Assembly (NCBI GenBank): GCA_963715055.1
Contig: CAVQRB010000012.1
Span: 1,640 to 65,639 of the forward strand
Reading direction: 5' to 3'
Source: an uncultured Alphaproteobacteria bacterium
Lineage (GTDB): Bacteria; Pseudomonadota; Alphaproteobacteria; Rhodobacterales; Rhodobacteraceae
Length of the DNA stretch: 64,000 nt
Shown here: positions 18,969 to 27,077 of the stretch, in pieces
How the letters are laid out: every line of letters begins with the position of its first letter
Position numbering within the stretch: the first letter of the stretch is position 1
Notes under the pieces: model-generated
The model's database searches: none
What the model was told of the DNA's origin: nothing
The model's input: the letters and a program-made list of their open reading frames with translations, nothing else
Made by a program: the position numbers and the translations under genes

Positions 18969-20019
18969 CGCCGGCCCCTCCCGAGAATTCCACGATGCCT
19001 CTGGTCTCGAGGCGGAAAGAGCGACCGTTGACGCGACCCGACATCTCGCAGGGACCGACGACTTCGTGCACGTTGAAGGCATTCAGGCTGGTTTCCGACG
19101 GAATCACGATCCGCACCGCCCAGTCGGCATCGAAATCCAGCACCACCCGGTCGTCGCCCTGCCGCGCCATGATGACAAGCCGCCGCGGCAAGGCCGATAC
19201 CGGCGCCACGCCGAGCAGGCCCGCGAGGGGCGGCGCCATCGACACCCGGTCACGGTCCATCTCGCCGCGCACCGCGAAACTGACGCAGCGGCGCGGGAAA
19301 TGCCGCACCATGCGCCCCTTGTGCCACAGCATGAAGGAGGCGGTCGCCTCGGCGGGCCTCGCGGCCGGACGAATGAAGGTAAATACACCCGCCCATTCCG
19401 GCGGCTCTCCCGCCTCGGCGTTCAGATCGTTGGCAAAGCCGAAGACCCATTCACCCAGATCAGGCCAGCCCCAGCGGCCGCGCACCCGTTCATGATACCC
19501 CACAAGATCCACCTGCGTCCTGCCCTTCGGCGTGACCCAATCGCCGACTGCCGTCACACCGGTTTCGGACTGCCACCGCAGATGTTGGTGGCGCGCGAAA
19601 ACCGCCGTCTGGCTGGTGCAGTTGCGGCTGGTGCGTGTCAACGCGAGATCAACGGCCGGGGACCCATCAGCGGCAGCAATGCTCAGACGCCCGGCCACCC
19701 CATGTGCATGGGGTCGCGTGAAGGCCGACCAGGGAGGCCGCCGGGTGGCGGCGTTGAACTGGCTGGTATGCCAGGGCCCCTCGCCGTCATGCAGCACGAG
19801 AATGGTGGCAAAGCGCTCGGTGCCCGGCGCTTCCCCTTCGGCCGGGCCGAGCCAGGATGAATTGGCGACCAGCGCCTTTTGCCCGTCGCGTGACAGAAAA
19901 GCGTAATGCAGCCAGCGGCGGTCAATCGGGTCGGTCAAGGGGCTGGCAGGAAAAGGCCCGGCAGGTCCGAGCCCAGTGGGCCGGGAAGACACCGCTTCGG
20001 AATACCGAAAGGACTGCAT
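18961..20019 (-). CDS. Hypothetical Trp/Gly-rich protein (352 aa); faint resemblance to CrtC/AttH-type hydratase fold
   Basis: AGGAG SD before ATG 20019; high GC3; motif GYHERVRGRWGW. Family assignment is only an impression. Confidence 0.6.
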   Translation of the reverse strand: MQSFRYSEAVSSRPTGLGPAGPFPASPLTDPIDRRWLHYAFLSRDGQKALVANSSWLGPAEGEAPGTERFATILVLHDGEGPWHTSQFNAATRRPPWSAFTRPHAHGVAGRLSIAAADGSPAVDLALTRTSRNCTSQTAVFARHQHLRWQSETGVTAVGDWVTPKGRTQVDLVGYHERVRGRWGWPDLGEWVFGFANDLNAEAGEPPEWAGVFTFIRPAARPAEATASFMLWHKGRMVRHFPRRCVSFAVRGEMDRDRVSMAPPLAGLLGVAPVSALPRRLVIMARQGDDRVVLDFDADWAVRIVIPSETSLNAFNVHEVVGPCEMSGRVNGRSFRLETRGIVEFSGGAGGD

Positions 20020-20157
20020 CGGCTCCTGCCCCCAAATCGAATTGTTTCATATTCGCAGATTGAATGGTATCATACTACCAGAAATAGAATAGAATTTCGA
20101 TTGCCATATACGTTCGGGCGCCCTGTTATTACGGCGCATTTCCCCTGGGAGGCCGAC
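20020..20157. promoter_or_regulatory. AT-rich divergent control region with repeats and sigma70-like boxes
   Basis: Direct repeats TCGAATTGTTTCATATTCG (20037-20055) and TCGATTGCCATATACG (20097-20112); TGGTA-N6-TACCA (20065-20080); tandem TAGAAT TAGAAT (20085-20095); TTGAAT (20060-20065). Confidence 0.35.
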
Positions 20158-20967
20158 GTGAAACCGAAAAAGACTTTGCCTTCAAAAGCTTCCGCCCGGT
20201 TCACCGCGATTGCGATCGAACCGCCCGATGCTCTGAAGCCGATTGCCATCAAGACTCACCGCGAGCTCTTCGCGAAGTCGCGTGAGATGGCCGAACGGGT
20301 CCGGGATAACCCGGAGTTCAGCGTGATGTTCCTGTCGAACCCTGTCCTTGCGCTCGAGGCCTATGGCATCAAGCTCAGTCCGGAATTGCGCCACCATGTC
20401 ATGGATACCCTGCGTCATCCGCCCAAGCTGCGTGCCCGCCGCGCGGAACTCGAAGCCAGCCTGGAGGAGGCGCTGGGTGAAAAAGCCAAGCCCACCGATG
20501 AGGCATGGATGGCCGATCTGGTATTCCGCAAACGCAAGATCGAGCCCCGTGACATCGGCAGCGGCGAGCCTGCCTACAAGCCGGCGCTGAATGCGGCCTC
20601 GGTCGAGCGTCTGCAAAAGGCGCGCCCCAAGGCCACGAAGCGCTACAGCGGCCAGCGCCGGTCGAAAGTGCAATTCTCGCTGACCGTCGCACCGCCTTCC
20701 AACACACTGCGACGGATGGACCTCGATGCCGATGTACCGGATATGAAACCGGCCGCGAAAGCCCCCAAGTCGCTGACGCTTGAAGAGGCCTGGTTCTACA
20801 AGGACGACGCCATCGTGAAGGAGGCGGTCGAGTTGGGCCAGATCATGCGCCGCGGCTTCCCCTTCAGAACGCCCGCCGAGTTTCGCGCCATCGCCAAGGG
20901 TGAAAAGGTCGACGCCTTCCGGCGCTTTGTCCGCGCGGTCAGGATCCGCGAGGTGACGCCGGAGTGA
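20158..20967 (+). CDS. Orphan protein A (269 aa), very basic, with NHLP/nitrile-hydratase-alpha-like helical motif
   Basis: GTG start with GGGAGG SD 5 nt upstream (ORF 19906..20967 trimmed); motif DNPEFSVMFLSNPVLALEAYGIKLSPEL. Confidence 0.65.
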   Translation: MKPKKTLPSKASARFTAIAIEPPDALKPIAIKTHRELFAKSREMAERVRDNPEFSVMFLSNPVLALEAYGIKLSPELRHHVMDTLRHPPKLRARRAELEASLEEALGEKAKPTDEAWMADLVFRKRKIEPRDIGSGEPAYKPALNAASVERLQKARPKATKRYSGQRRSKVQFSLTVAPPSNTLRRMDLDADVPDMKPAAKAPKSLTLEEAWFYKDDAIVKEAVELGQIMRRGFPFRTPAEFRAIAKGEKVDAFRRFVRAVRIREVTPE

Positions 20968-22697
20968 GCAACACATCGAATTTTGACTATTGCGTGCAAT
21001 TCGGCATCGAGGCCGTGCGCGAGGTCTTTCACCTCGCCCTCAAGAATGAAGATCTTTTCCCCCACAACCTGCCGCCGCTGACCCGCGATTTCGGCGGCCA
21101 TACCGCCACTGTGCGCGTGCGCCTGCTTGACGACATGACCGACAGCGCGGATCTGTCTTTCCAGGACGAAAAGCACATCCTCTTCGATCTGCCCATCGAG
21201 ATCGCGGTCGAAACACCCGACGCCCCGGACCCGTCGCTGGCGACGGTGACACTGCAATCCACCGTCCGGGCTCCCGGTGCTCTGGCGACCTGGCCGGTAT
21301 CTGGAGACGATCAGCTTGGACTGGAGTTTTCAGGCATCACGGCGGCAGATGTCGAGGTGCCCGCGCTCACCGGCCTGCCCACACTGGATGCCGCACGCTT
21401 TGTCGCCGCGTTGCATACGAAATACGAAACCCTGCCGAGCCACAGTTTCACCCTCGGCGGCAACACGCTGAACATCTACGACGGGACACGGGACGCAACG
21501 CTGATCCCGGGCAACAAGGCCGGTAACCCCGAAATCACTGCGGCGCTCGAAAACCACGGCGGCAAGCAGTACCTCAGGATCACCATGCCACTGCACGCCA
21601 ATGTCACGGTGCCCGTCACCTATGCAAGCTATGGCACGGCGACGCTTTGGCGCGAGGTCGTGACCGGGGGCGGCACGGTCCGGGTGCTGATGGAGACCGA
21701 GCCCGCGGACGACCCGCTTGCCACGACCATCGTCTTTGACAACGGCGGCATCGGCGGCATCATCGCCGACCAGCTCGAGCCCTTGCTGATCACTCAGATC
21801 GCAGCTTTCGCCCCGGTCGAGGAACCCTGGTTCGACGAAGACAGCGCGCGCGCCCTGATCCGGCAGGAAACCGCAGGCTACCTCGCGCCGCGCCGCTTTC
21901 CCTTCTACACGCCACAATCGGGCGATTCCGAGGTTGCGCTGGAGACGCCGGTCGGCTTCCTGCTGCTGGCCAATGAAACGCTCGCGATCCTGATGAACCG
22001 GCGGACCGGCACCGCGGCGGATGACGCAGCACCCGATGACTTTCGAGGGGCGCACATCCTTGCACTGGCGCTCAGCCGGGCGGTTCTGGACGAAACCATC
22101 GCCGATGCCATCGCAGAGGAATTTCCAGGCCTTGCCAGCGGCGGTCACCGGATCGAAACGGACGAAGGCGACGCCACGCTGCAATCGCTGTCGGTCACCC
22201 CATCAGACCCCGGCAGCCACGATGAAAGCGAGGGGCATCTCTGGGTCTCGGGCGAGGCCGAGGTGCACATAGACTGCTGGCCGGATCCCGACGTCAGCTT
22301 TGACGGCCCGATCTTCCTGCGCCTTGATGTGACGGAAACCGACACGGAATGCAGCGCTGTGTTCCGCGCCGAGATGGGCGAATTCGATGCCGGCCAGAGC
22401 TGTTGCGACGTTTTCGTCGATTTGATCATCCCGATCGTCGGCTGGATCATGCTGGGTGTCATCGAGTCCATGATCGACCGGGTCGGCGGCGAGCTGGCCG
22501 AGGAATTCGCCGGGGCACAGGAACGTCAGATGCAACCCATCCCGACCTTCGTGGTCGGCGTGGCCGAACTGCAGGCCTGCCTTGAATCGGTGCAGACCTC
22601 ATCGCAAGGACTGGTGATGCCGGGCAAGCTGCGCATCCGCCGCGAAGGAACGAGTTTCGAAGACCTGCTTGAAGGCGGCGACCTGCCGCGCCCCTGA
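20964..22697 (+). CDS. Orphan protein B (577 aa), acidic, one C-terminal hydrophobic helix
   Basis: GTGA start/stop overlap with A; high GC3 throughout; no family recognised. Confidence 0.75.
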   Translation: MSNTSNFDYCVQFGIEAVREVFHLALKNEDLFPHNLPPLTRDFGGHTATVRVRLLDDMTDSADLSFQDEKHILFDLPIEIAVETPDAPDPSLATVTLQSTVRAPGALATWPVSGDDQLGLEFSGITAADVEVPALTGLPTLDAARFVAALHTKYETLPSHSFTLGGNTLNIYDGTRDATLIPGNKAGNPEITAALENHGGKQYLRITMPLHANVTVPVTYASYGTATLWREVVTGGGTVRVLMETEPADDPLATTIVFDNGGIGGIIADQLEPLLITQIAAFAPVEEPWFDEDSARALIRQETAGYLAPRRFPFYTPQSGDSEVALETPVGFLLLANETLAILMNRRTGTAADDAAPDDFRGAHILALALSRAVLDETIADAIAEEFPGLASGGHRIETDEGDATLQSLSVTPSDPGSHDESEGHLWVSGEAEVHIDCWPDPDVSFDGPIFLRLDVTETDTECSAVFRAEMGEFDAGQSCCDVFVDLIIPIVGWIMLGVIESMIDRVGGELAEEFAGAQERQMQPIPTFVVGVAELQACLESVQTSSQGLVMPGKLRIRREGTSFEDLLEGGDLPRP

Positions 22698-22730
22698 CGC
22701 CGGGGCCTGAACGCGTGAAAGGAGAGGACG

Positions 22731-24110
22731 ATGCCAACCGAAAGAGGCTTTGTGGAAACGCTCGGGGTAGGACGCGCCGGGCTTGTCGAAGCGGCGGTGC
22801 TGCACGGCGACGGGTCACGAGCGATCTATACCGTCGCCGATCTGGATGCCGACCCGGAACGCTTCAACGAAAGGCTGTCGAAATTCGGCATCCTGCGCGA
22901 CGCGATGGACCGGGCCGAACCGGTCGAGATCGAATTCGACCGATCCGATGGCTTTCGCCCGGTCGAAAGCGTCAAGCGGCTGACCCGGGATGCGCTGGAA
23001 AGGCCCGAGGAAACCTCGGTCGCCTCGGGCATGGTGGTCGGGCTTTCGGTATCCTTCGAGGTGAACATCAATCCCTTTGGCGAAGCGTCGGATCGCGCCA
23101 TGCTCGCCTTGCTGACCGGCACCGGCGTGGTCAACTTCGTCATCCGCCTGCAGGCGCCCGAACGCCATGCGGCCATGGCGATGGTCGACATCGCCCGTGA
23201 CGCGCAGGCCTCCGGTGCAAGCGTGACAGTGACCTTCGGCACCAAGAACCGCGAGGTCACGCAGATCGCGCGCGACGATCTGGCCGGCGCCAGCGGCCAG
23301 GAGACCGAGCAGTTTTCGGCCTTTGTGGAGGAGATCACCCATACACCGGTCTCCAACCTGATGCTGGTCGCCGTGACCACCGCGCCCGAGTTCGTCTTGG
23401 AGGGAAATGTTGTCCCGCTGGAGGGTTTTACGCCGGAGCTGCGCAATCTGGCGGTGGTCTACAACTCGCCGGAATACCTGCTGCTTCAAGCTGCGCTGCG
23501 CGACAAATTGCGGGTGGAACTGATGACCCTGCGACCGCGCGAGCGCGACGATCCGGACAAACAGCCGGATGAACCGGTCGGCGACGAAATCCCGCGCAAT
23601 GATGTGACGGGGATAGCGCGCTATGCCGAGGCGAAACCGGCCGCAATGAGCGGCGACTCAAAGCTCCGGACGGAAGCGATGGGCAAAGCCACGCGGGCCA
23701 CCTACCTTCTGCGGGGCGCCACCCTTCAGCACGCTCTCTGCTCTGCCAGCCGGCCCGTCTGGATCGAGGTCAACCGGCGCGCGCTGGACCTGGGGCCGGA
23801 CGAGGAATGCATCGAAGGCCTGCCCTCCAGCGACATGCGTCCGCAGACCATCCGCGAGTTGAACCTGCCTTACCGCGCCGCGTGGATCGGCTATGGCTGC
23901 TTCAACCACGGCGTCTACCGCATCCAGATCGCCACGGATCGCGATGTCACCGTGTTTGTCGATGGCGAGGAAATCTGCCTGCATCGCGACAAGGCGGGCG
24001 ACACGGTCTTCGGCCATGCCTGCCTCGAAGGCGACCATGAAATCCGGATCGTGTTTGAGAATTGGAAATGCAAGGCGAAGTTTGATATGGACGTGTATCG
24101 CATCCGCTGA
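22731..24110 (+). CDS. Orphan protein C (459 aa)
   Basis: GGAGAGGA SD before ATG; high GC3; C-terminal approx 90 aa look like a beta-sandwich (GVYRIQIATDRDVTVFVDGEEI...); no family recognised. Confidence 0.75.
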   Translation: MPTERGFVETLGVGRAGLVEAAVLHGDGSRAIYTVADLDADPERFNERLSKFGILRDAMDRAEPVEIEFDRSDGFRPVESVKRLTRDALERPEETSVASGMVVGLSVSFEVNINPFGEASDRAMLALLTGTGVVNFVIRLQAPERHAAMAMVDIARDAQASGASVTVTFGTKNREVTQIARDDLAGASGQETEQFSAFVEEITHTPVSNLMLVAVTTAPEFVLEGNVVPLEGFTPELRNLAVVYNSPEYLLLQAALRDKLRVELMTLRPRERDDPDKQPDEPVGDEIPRNDVTGIARYAEAKPAAMSGDSKLRTEAMGKATRATYLLRGATLQHALCSASRPVWIEVNRRALDLGPDEECIEGLPSSDMRPQTIRELNLPYRAAWIGYGCFNHGVYRIQIATDRDVTVFVDGEEICLHRDKAGDTVFGHACLEGDHEIRIVFENWKCKAKFDMDVYRIR

Positions 24111-24127
24111 CCGGAAAGGAGTTCCGC

Positions 24128-24631
24128 ATGGCCGACGAAGAGGTCGAGGAGACCAGAACCATCATTGTGACCCAGCGCTGTGCTGAGAGCTTTGCGCTGT
24201 CCGGCAGCGAGCAGCATCCGCCAATGCAGCACCGGGTGCAGGCCGATATGGTCCACCACACCGACAAACCGGTCGTCCACATGCATCTGTGGAACGAGGA
24301 TTGCGTGGGCAAGCTGGACGTGCAGCACAGGTCCAGCACCGACACGGAACACCCGTTTCACGTAGCGCACCGTTTCGACACGCCGCATGCCCAGACCCAT
24401 GAGATGCAAACCTCGCTGGCAGCACCGATCCACCACGCCCTGCAGATGCGCACACCGTTGCAGATAAGGTTCTGCAATACCTGGCAGGTGGCATCGGATT
24501 ATTCGGTTCAGGTGGCCCTGCGCGGGCGGCCTTTCCTCGACATCCGCCTGACCGGCGCGACTGTGGCCACGCCGCAGCCCTGCCCTGACGACGACTGCGC
24601 ACCCGATCCGAAGGCGGCACAGCATCCATGA
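24128..24631 (+). CDS. Orphan protein D (167 aa), His/Cys-rich
   Basis: GGAAAGGAG SD; 15 His and 5 Cys in 167 aa by my count; high GC3. Confidence 0.6.
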   Translation: MADEEVEETRTIIVTQRCAESFALSGSEQHPPMQHRVQADMVHHTDKPVVHMHLWNEDCVGKLDVQHRSSTDTEHPFHVAHRFDTPHAQTHEMQTSLAAPIHHALQMRTPLQIRFCNTWQVASDYSVQVALRGRPFLDIRLTGATVATPQPCPDDDCAPDPKAAQHP

Positions 24632-25185
24632 GCGAGCAAAAGCAAGACCCGCGTCCCGGCGAGGCGGTTGGCGAGTTGGTGTCCTCGGCGCTGAAACTCT
24701 CTGCGGCCGTCGTGCAGACCGTGGCGGAGGCCGCAACCGGCAAGCCGCAGGCAAACCGCCCCGGAGACACGCCTCTGCAGTCGATGATCCGGCATGGCAC
24801 CACTGCCGCAAGCAGCATCCTGACCACGGTCATGAGCGCCACCCGCGAGGGGTCGGCCGCCGAACCGGCAGCGGCGCCGGTGAACGCGCCGCCGCGCGCC
24901 CCTCGCGTGGCGCGCGGCTCCAGCCTTCGTCTGCCGTTGTCGGTGGACAATCTGCGCGATACCGTCATGCAGGACATCGAGCCGCGCTTGGTCGACGCCG
25001 AAACACCGACACCGTTGCATGTGAGTTTCAAGCCGGAAAAACTGACCATCGCACCGAATGATTTCGAGAAGCTGACGGTCCGCGTGGACGTACCCGAGGA
25101 CACTCCCCCCGGGCGATACACTTTTGCCTTCACCCTGCCGGGTCAGGAAACCCAGCCGGTGTCGCTCTCGGTCGAGGTCGTGTGA
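24628..25185 (+). CDS. Orphan protein E (185 aa): Ala-rich helical N-terminus, Pro/Ala linker, beta-sandwich-like tail
   Basis: ATGA overlap with D; tail ...LTVRVDVPEDTPPGRYTFAFTLPGQETQPVSLSVEVV. Confidence 0.65.
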   Translation: MSEQKQDPRPGEAVGELVSSALKLSAAVVQTVAEAATGKPQANRPGDTPLQSMIRHGTTAASSILTTVMSATREGSAAEPAAAPVNAPPRAPRVARGSSLRLPLSVDNLRDTVMQDIEPRLVDAETPTPLHVSFKPEKLTIAPNDFEKLTVRVDVPEDTPPGRYTFAFTLPGQETQPVSLSVEVV

Positions 25186-25305
25186 ATGCCTGAACAGACG
25201 CAATCACGGACTCAACAACAGCCACATTTGCTGGTATCCTTACACCAGCCTCATCGGTCTTGCCGCCGTTTGACCGGGGCAGGTCATTTGTCAGGAGTTT
25301 GAAGC

Positions 25306-25686
25306 ATGCAGGACATCAAGACGGAAGAAATCGCCTCCGCTGGCAATGAGCGCGACCGGTTCCGCGGGCTCGACAATGTCACGGCAGCCGCGCGCGAACT
25401 GGCACAGCGCCTGCGCGAGACGACCGTGGCCGTGGGCGAGGTCGCCGAACAGGAGTTGGCCTTTGTCGTGGGGCTGGCCGAAGACATCCGCGACAAGTCG
25501 GTGTCGCCCGAATTGCTGAAAGAAGCCCGAAGCCTGCCGGTCCTCAGCGGCCTGAGGGTGACGTCGCACCGCGTGGTTGATCTCGGTTTCGATGCAGTCA
25601 GCGTCGGGGTCAAGCTTGGGTCGGACGCTTTCGACGATTTCCTTGCGCCGCGCGCGGAGCGGCGGTCGATTGCCACGGCAGGCTGA
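25306..25686 (+). CDS. Orphan protein F (126 aa), acidic helical
   Basis: AGGAG SD 8 nt before ATG; 120-nt gap after E, so it may be its own transcription unit. Confidence 0.55.
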   Translation: MQDIKTEEIASAGNERDRFRGLDNVTAAARELAQRLRETTVAVGEVAEQELAFVVGLAEDIRDKSVSPELLKEARSLPVLSGLRVTSHRVVDLGFDAVSVGVKLGSDAFDDFLAPRAERRSIATAG

Positions 25687-25919
25687 AAAACCGCCGATCT
25701 AGGTCCGGCAATCCCCTGCATCACAGGGACCCGAACGGCGAAAGCCAGGCAATAACCCGTTTGGCCGTGGCCCTGTGAGCAAAGCGCAGAAGGGCGCGTG
25801 AACCTGCGGCGCGTCCTGATCCCTCTGAATGCGCTGGGTCAGGTCACGGTCAGACGCGAACCGGTGCCCTGCCCTGCGTCCAGCGATGTTCTTCTGTCAG
25901 CGCCAAATCCCGAGATGGA

Positions 25920-27077
25920 TCAGTGGTCCAGCTTCACCCAGGCCGCGTTGCGGGCCGAGGATTTCACGCAAGCCGAGACGAACTGCACGCCCAGCAAACC
26001 ATCCTGAACCGTGGGGTAAACCACAGCCTCGGGTACAGGCTTGCCGGAGCGTGCAGCGATGATTGCTTCCGCCGCCTCTGTGTAGATGTTGGCAAATCCT
26101 TCCAGATAACCTTCCGGGTGCCCGGCCGGAACACGGGACACGCGGCCCGCCGCCTCTCCTGCCCCTGCGCCATTGCGCGTGATGAGCCGCTTTGGTTCCC
26201 CGAACGGCGTGTACCAGAGATAATTGGGATCCTCCTGCGCCCATTCGAGCCCGCCTTTTTCGCCGTAAACCCGCAAGCGGAGCGCGTTTTCATTGCCCGG
26301 GGCAACTTGCGACGACCACAGCATCCCACGCGCACCCCCGTCAAAACGCAAAAGGACATGCGCATTGTCATCCACCTGGCGCCCCGGCACGAAGGCCTGG
26401 ATGTCCGCGGCGAGGCTGTCCACCCTCAGGCCGGTGACGAAACAGGCGAGGTTGAAGGCATGCGTGCCGATGTCCCCGGTCGAGCCGCCGACACCGGACT
26501 GCGCGGGATCGGTGCGCCAATTTGCCTGTTTGAAATCCTGTTCGACCGAGAGCCAATCCTGCGGGTATTCAACCTGCACCACGCGAATAGGCCCCAGTTG
26601 GCCACTGGCTACCATCTCGCGCGCCTGGCGAACCATAGGATAGCCCGTGTAATTGTGAGTCAGGATGAAAAGCGCGTCGCTCTCTTCGGCGGCTTTCACC
26701 AGTTTCTTGGCATCCGCCAGCGTCGAGGTCAGCGGCTTGTCGCAGATCACATGAATTCCGCGCTTGAGAAACTCGCGCGCAGCAGCGTAGTGGACATGGT
26801 TCGGAGTGACGATGCTGACAGCTTCGATACCGTCCTTGCGGCGCGCCTCTCGCTGCGCCATCTGCCGGAAATCGTCATATATCCGGGCCAAGCCAAGCGC
26901 TTCGCCGCTTTCGCGCGATTTCTCAGGCGTGGAACTGAGTGCGCCCGCGACCAGTTCAAACCGGTCGTCCATCCGCGCGGCGATCCGGTGCACGCCCCCG
27001 ATGAAGGCATCCTTGCCCCCGCCCACCATCCCGAGGCGGATCCGACGGCCCAAGGCTTCGTTGCGTCCCGTCACCAT
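25920..27077 (-). CDS. Gfo/Idh/MocA-family oxidoreductase
   Basis: IRLGMVGGGKDAFIG Rossmann N-terminus, VICDKPL motif; TGATG overlap with upstream gene. Confidence 0.9.
   Translation of the reverse strand: MVTGRNEALGRRIRLGMVGGGKDAFIGGVHRIAARMDDRFELVAGALSSTPEKSRESGEALGLARIYDDFRQMAQREARRKDGIEAVSIVTPNHVHYAAAREFLKRGIHVICDKPLTSTLADAKKLVKAAEESDALFILTHNYTGYPMVRQAREMVASGQLGPIRVVQVEYPQDWLSVEQDFKQANWRTDPAQSGVGGSTGDIGTHAFNLACFVTGLRVDSLAADIQAFVPGRQVDDNAHVLLRFDGGARGMLWSSQVAPGNENALRLRVYGEKGGLEWAQEDPNYLWYTPFGEPKRLITRNGAGAGEAAGRVSRVPAGHPEGYLEGFANIYTEAAEAIIAARSGKPVPEAVVYPTVQDGLLGVQFVSACVKSSARNAAWVKLDH

Noticed and set aside
23915-25203. Three long minus-strand ORFs (298, 323 and 231 aa) inside the orphan operon
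   Set aside because: I considered them as alternative readings of the unknown locus. The plus-strand frames have SD sites, start/stop coupling and consistent GC3. The minus-strand frames are Arg/Ala/Gly/Pro-rich and overlap one another.
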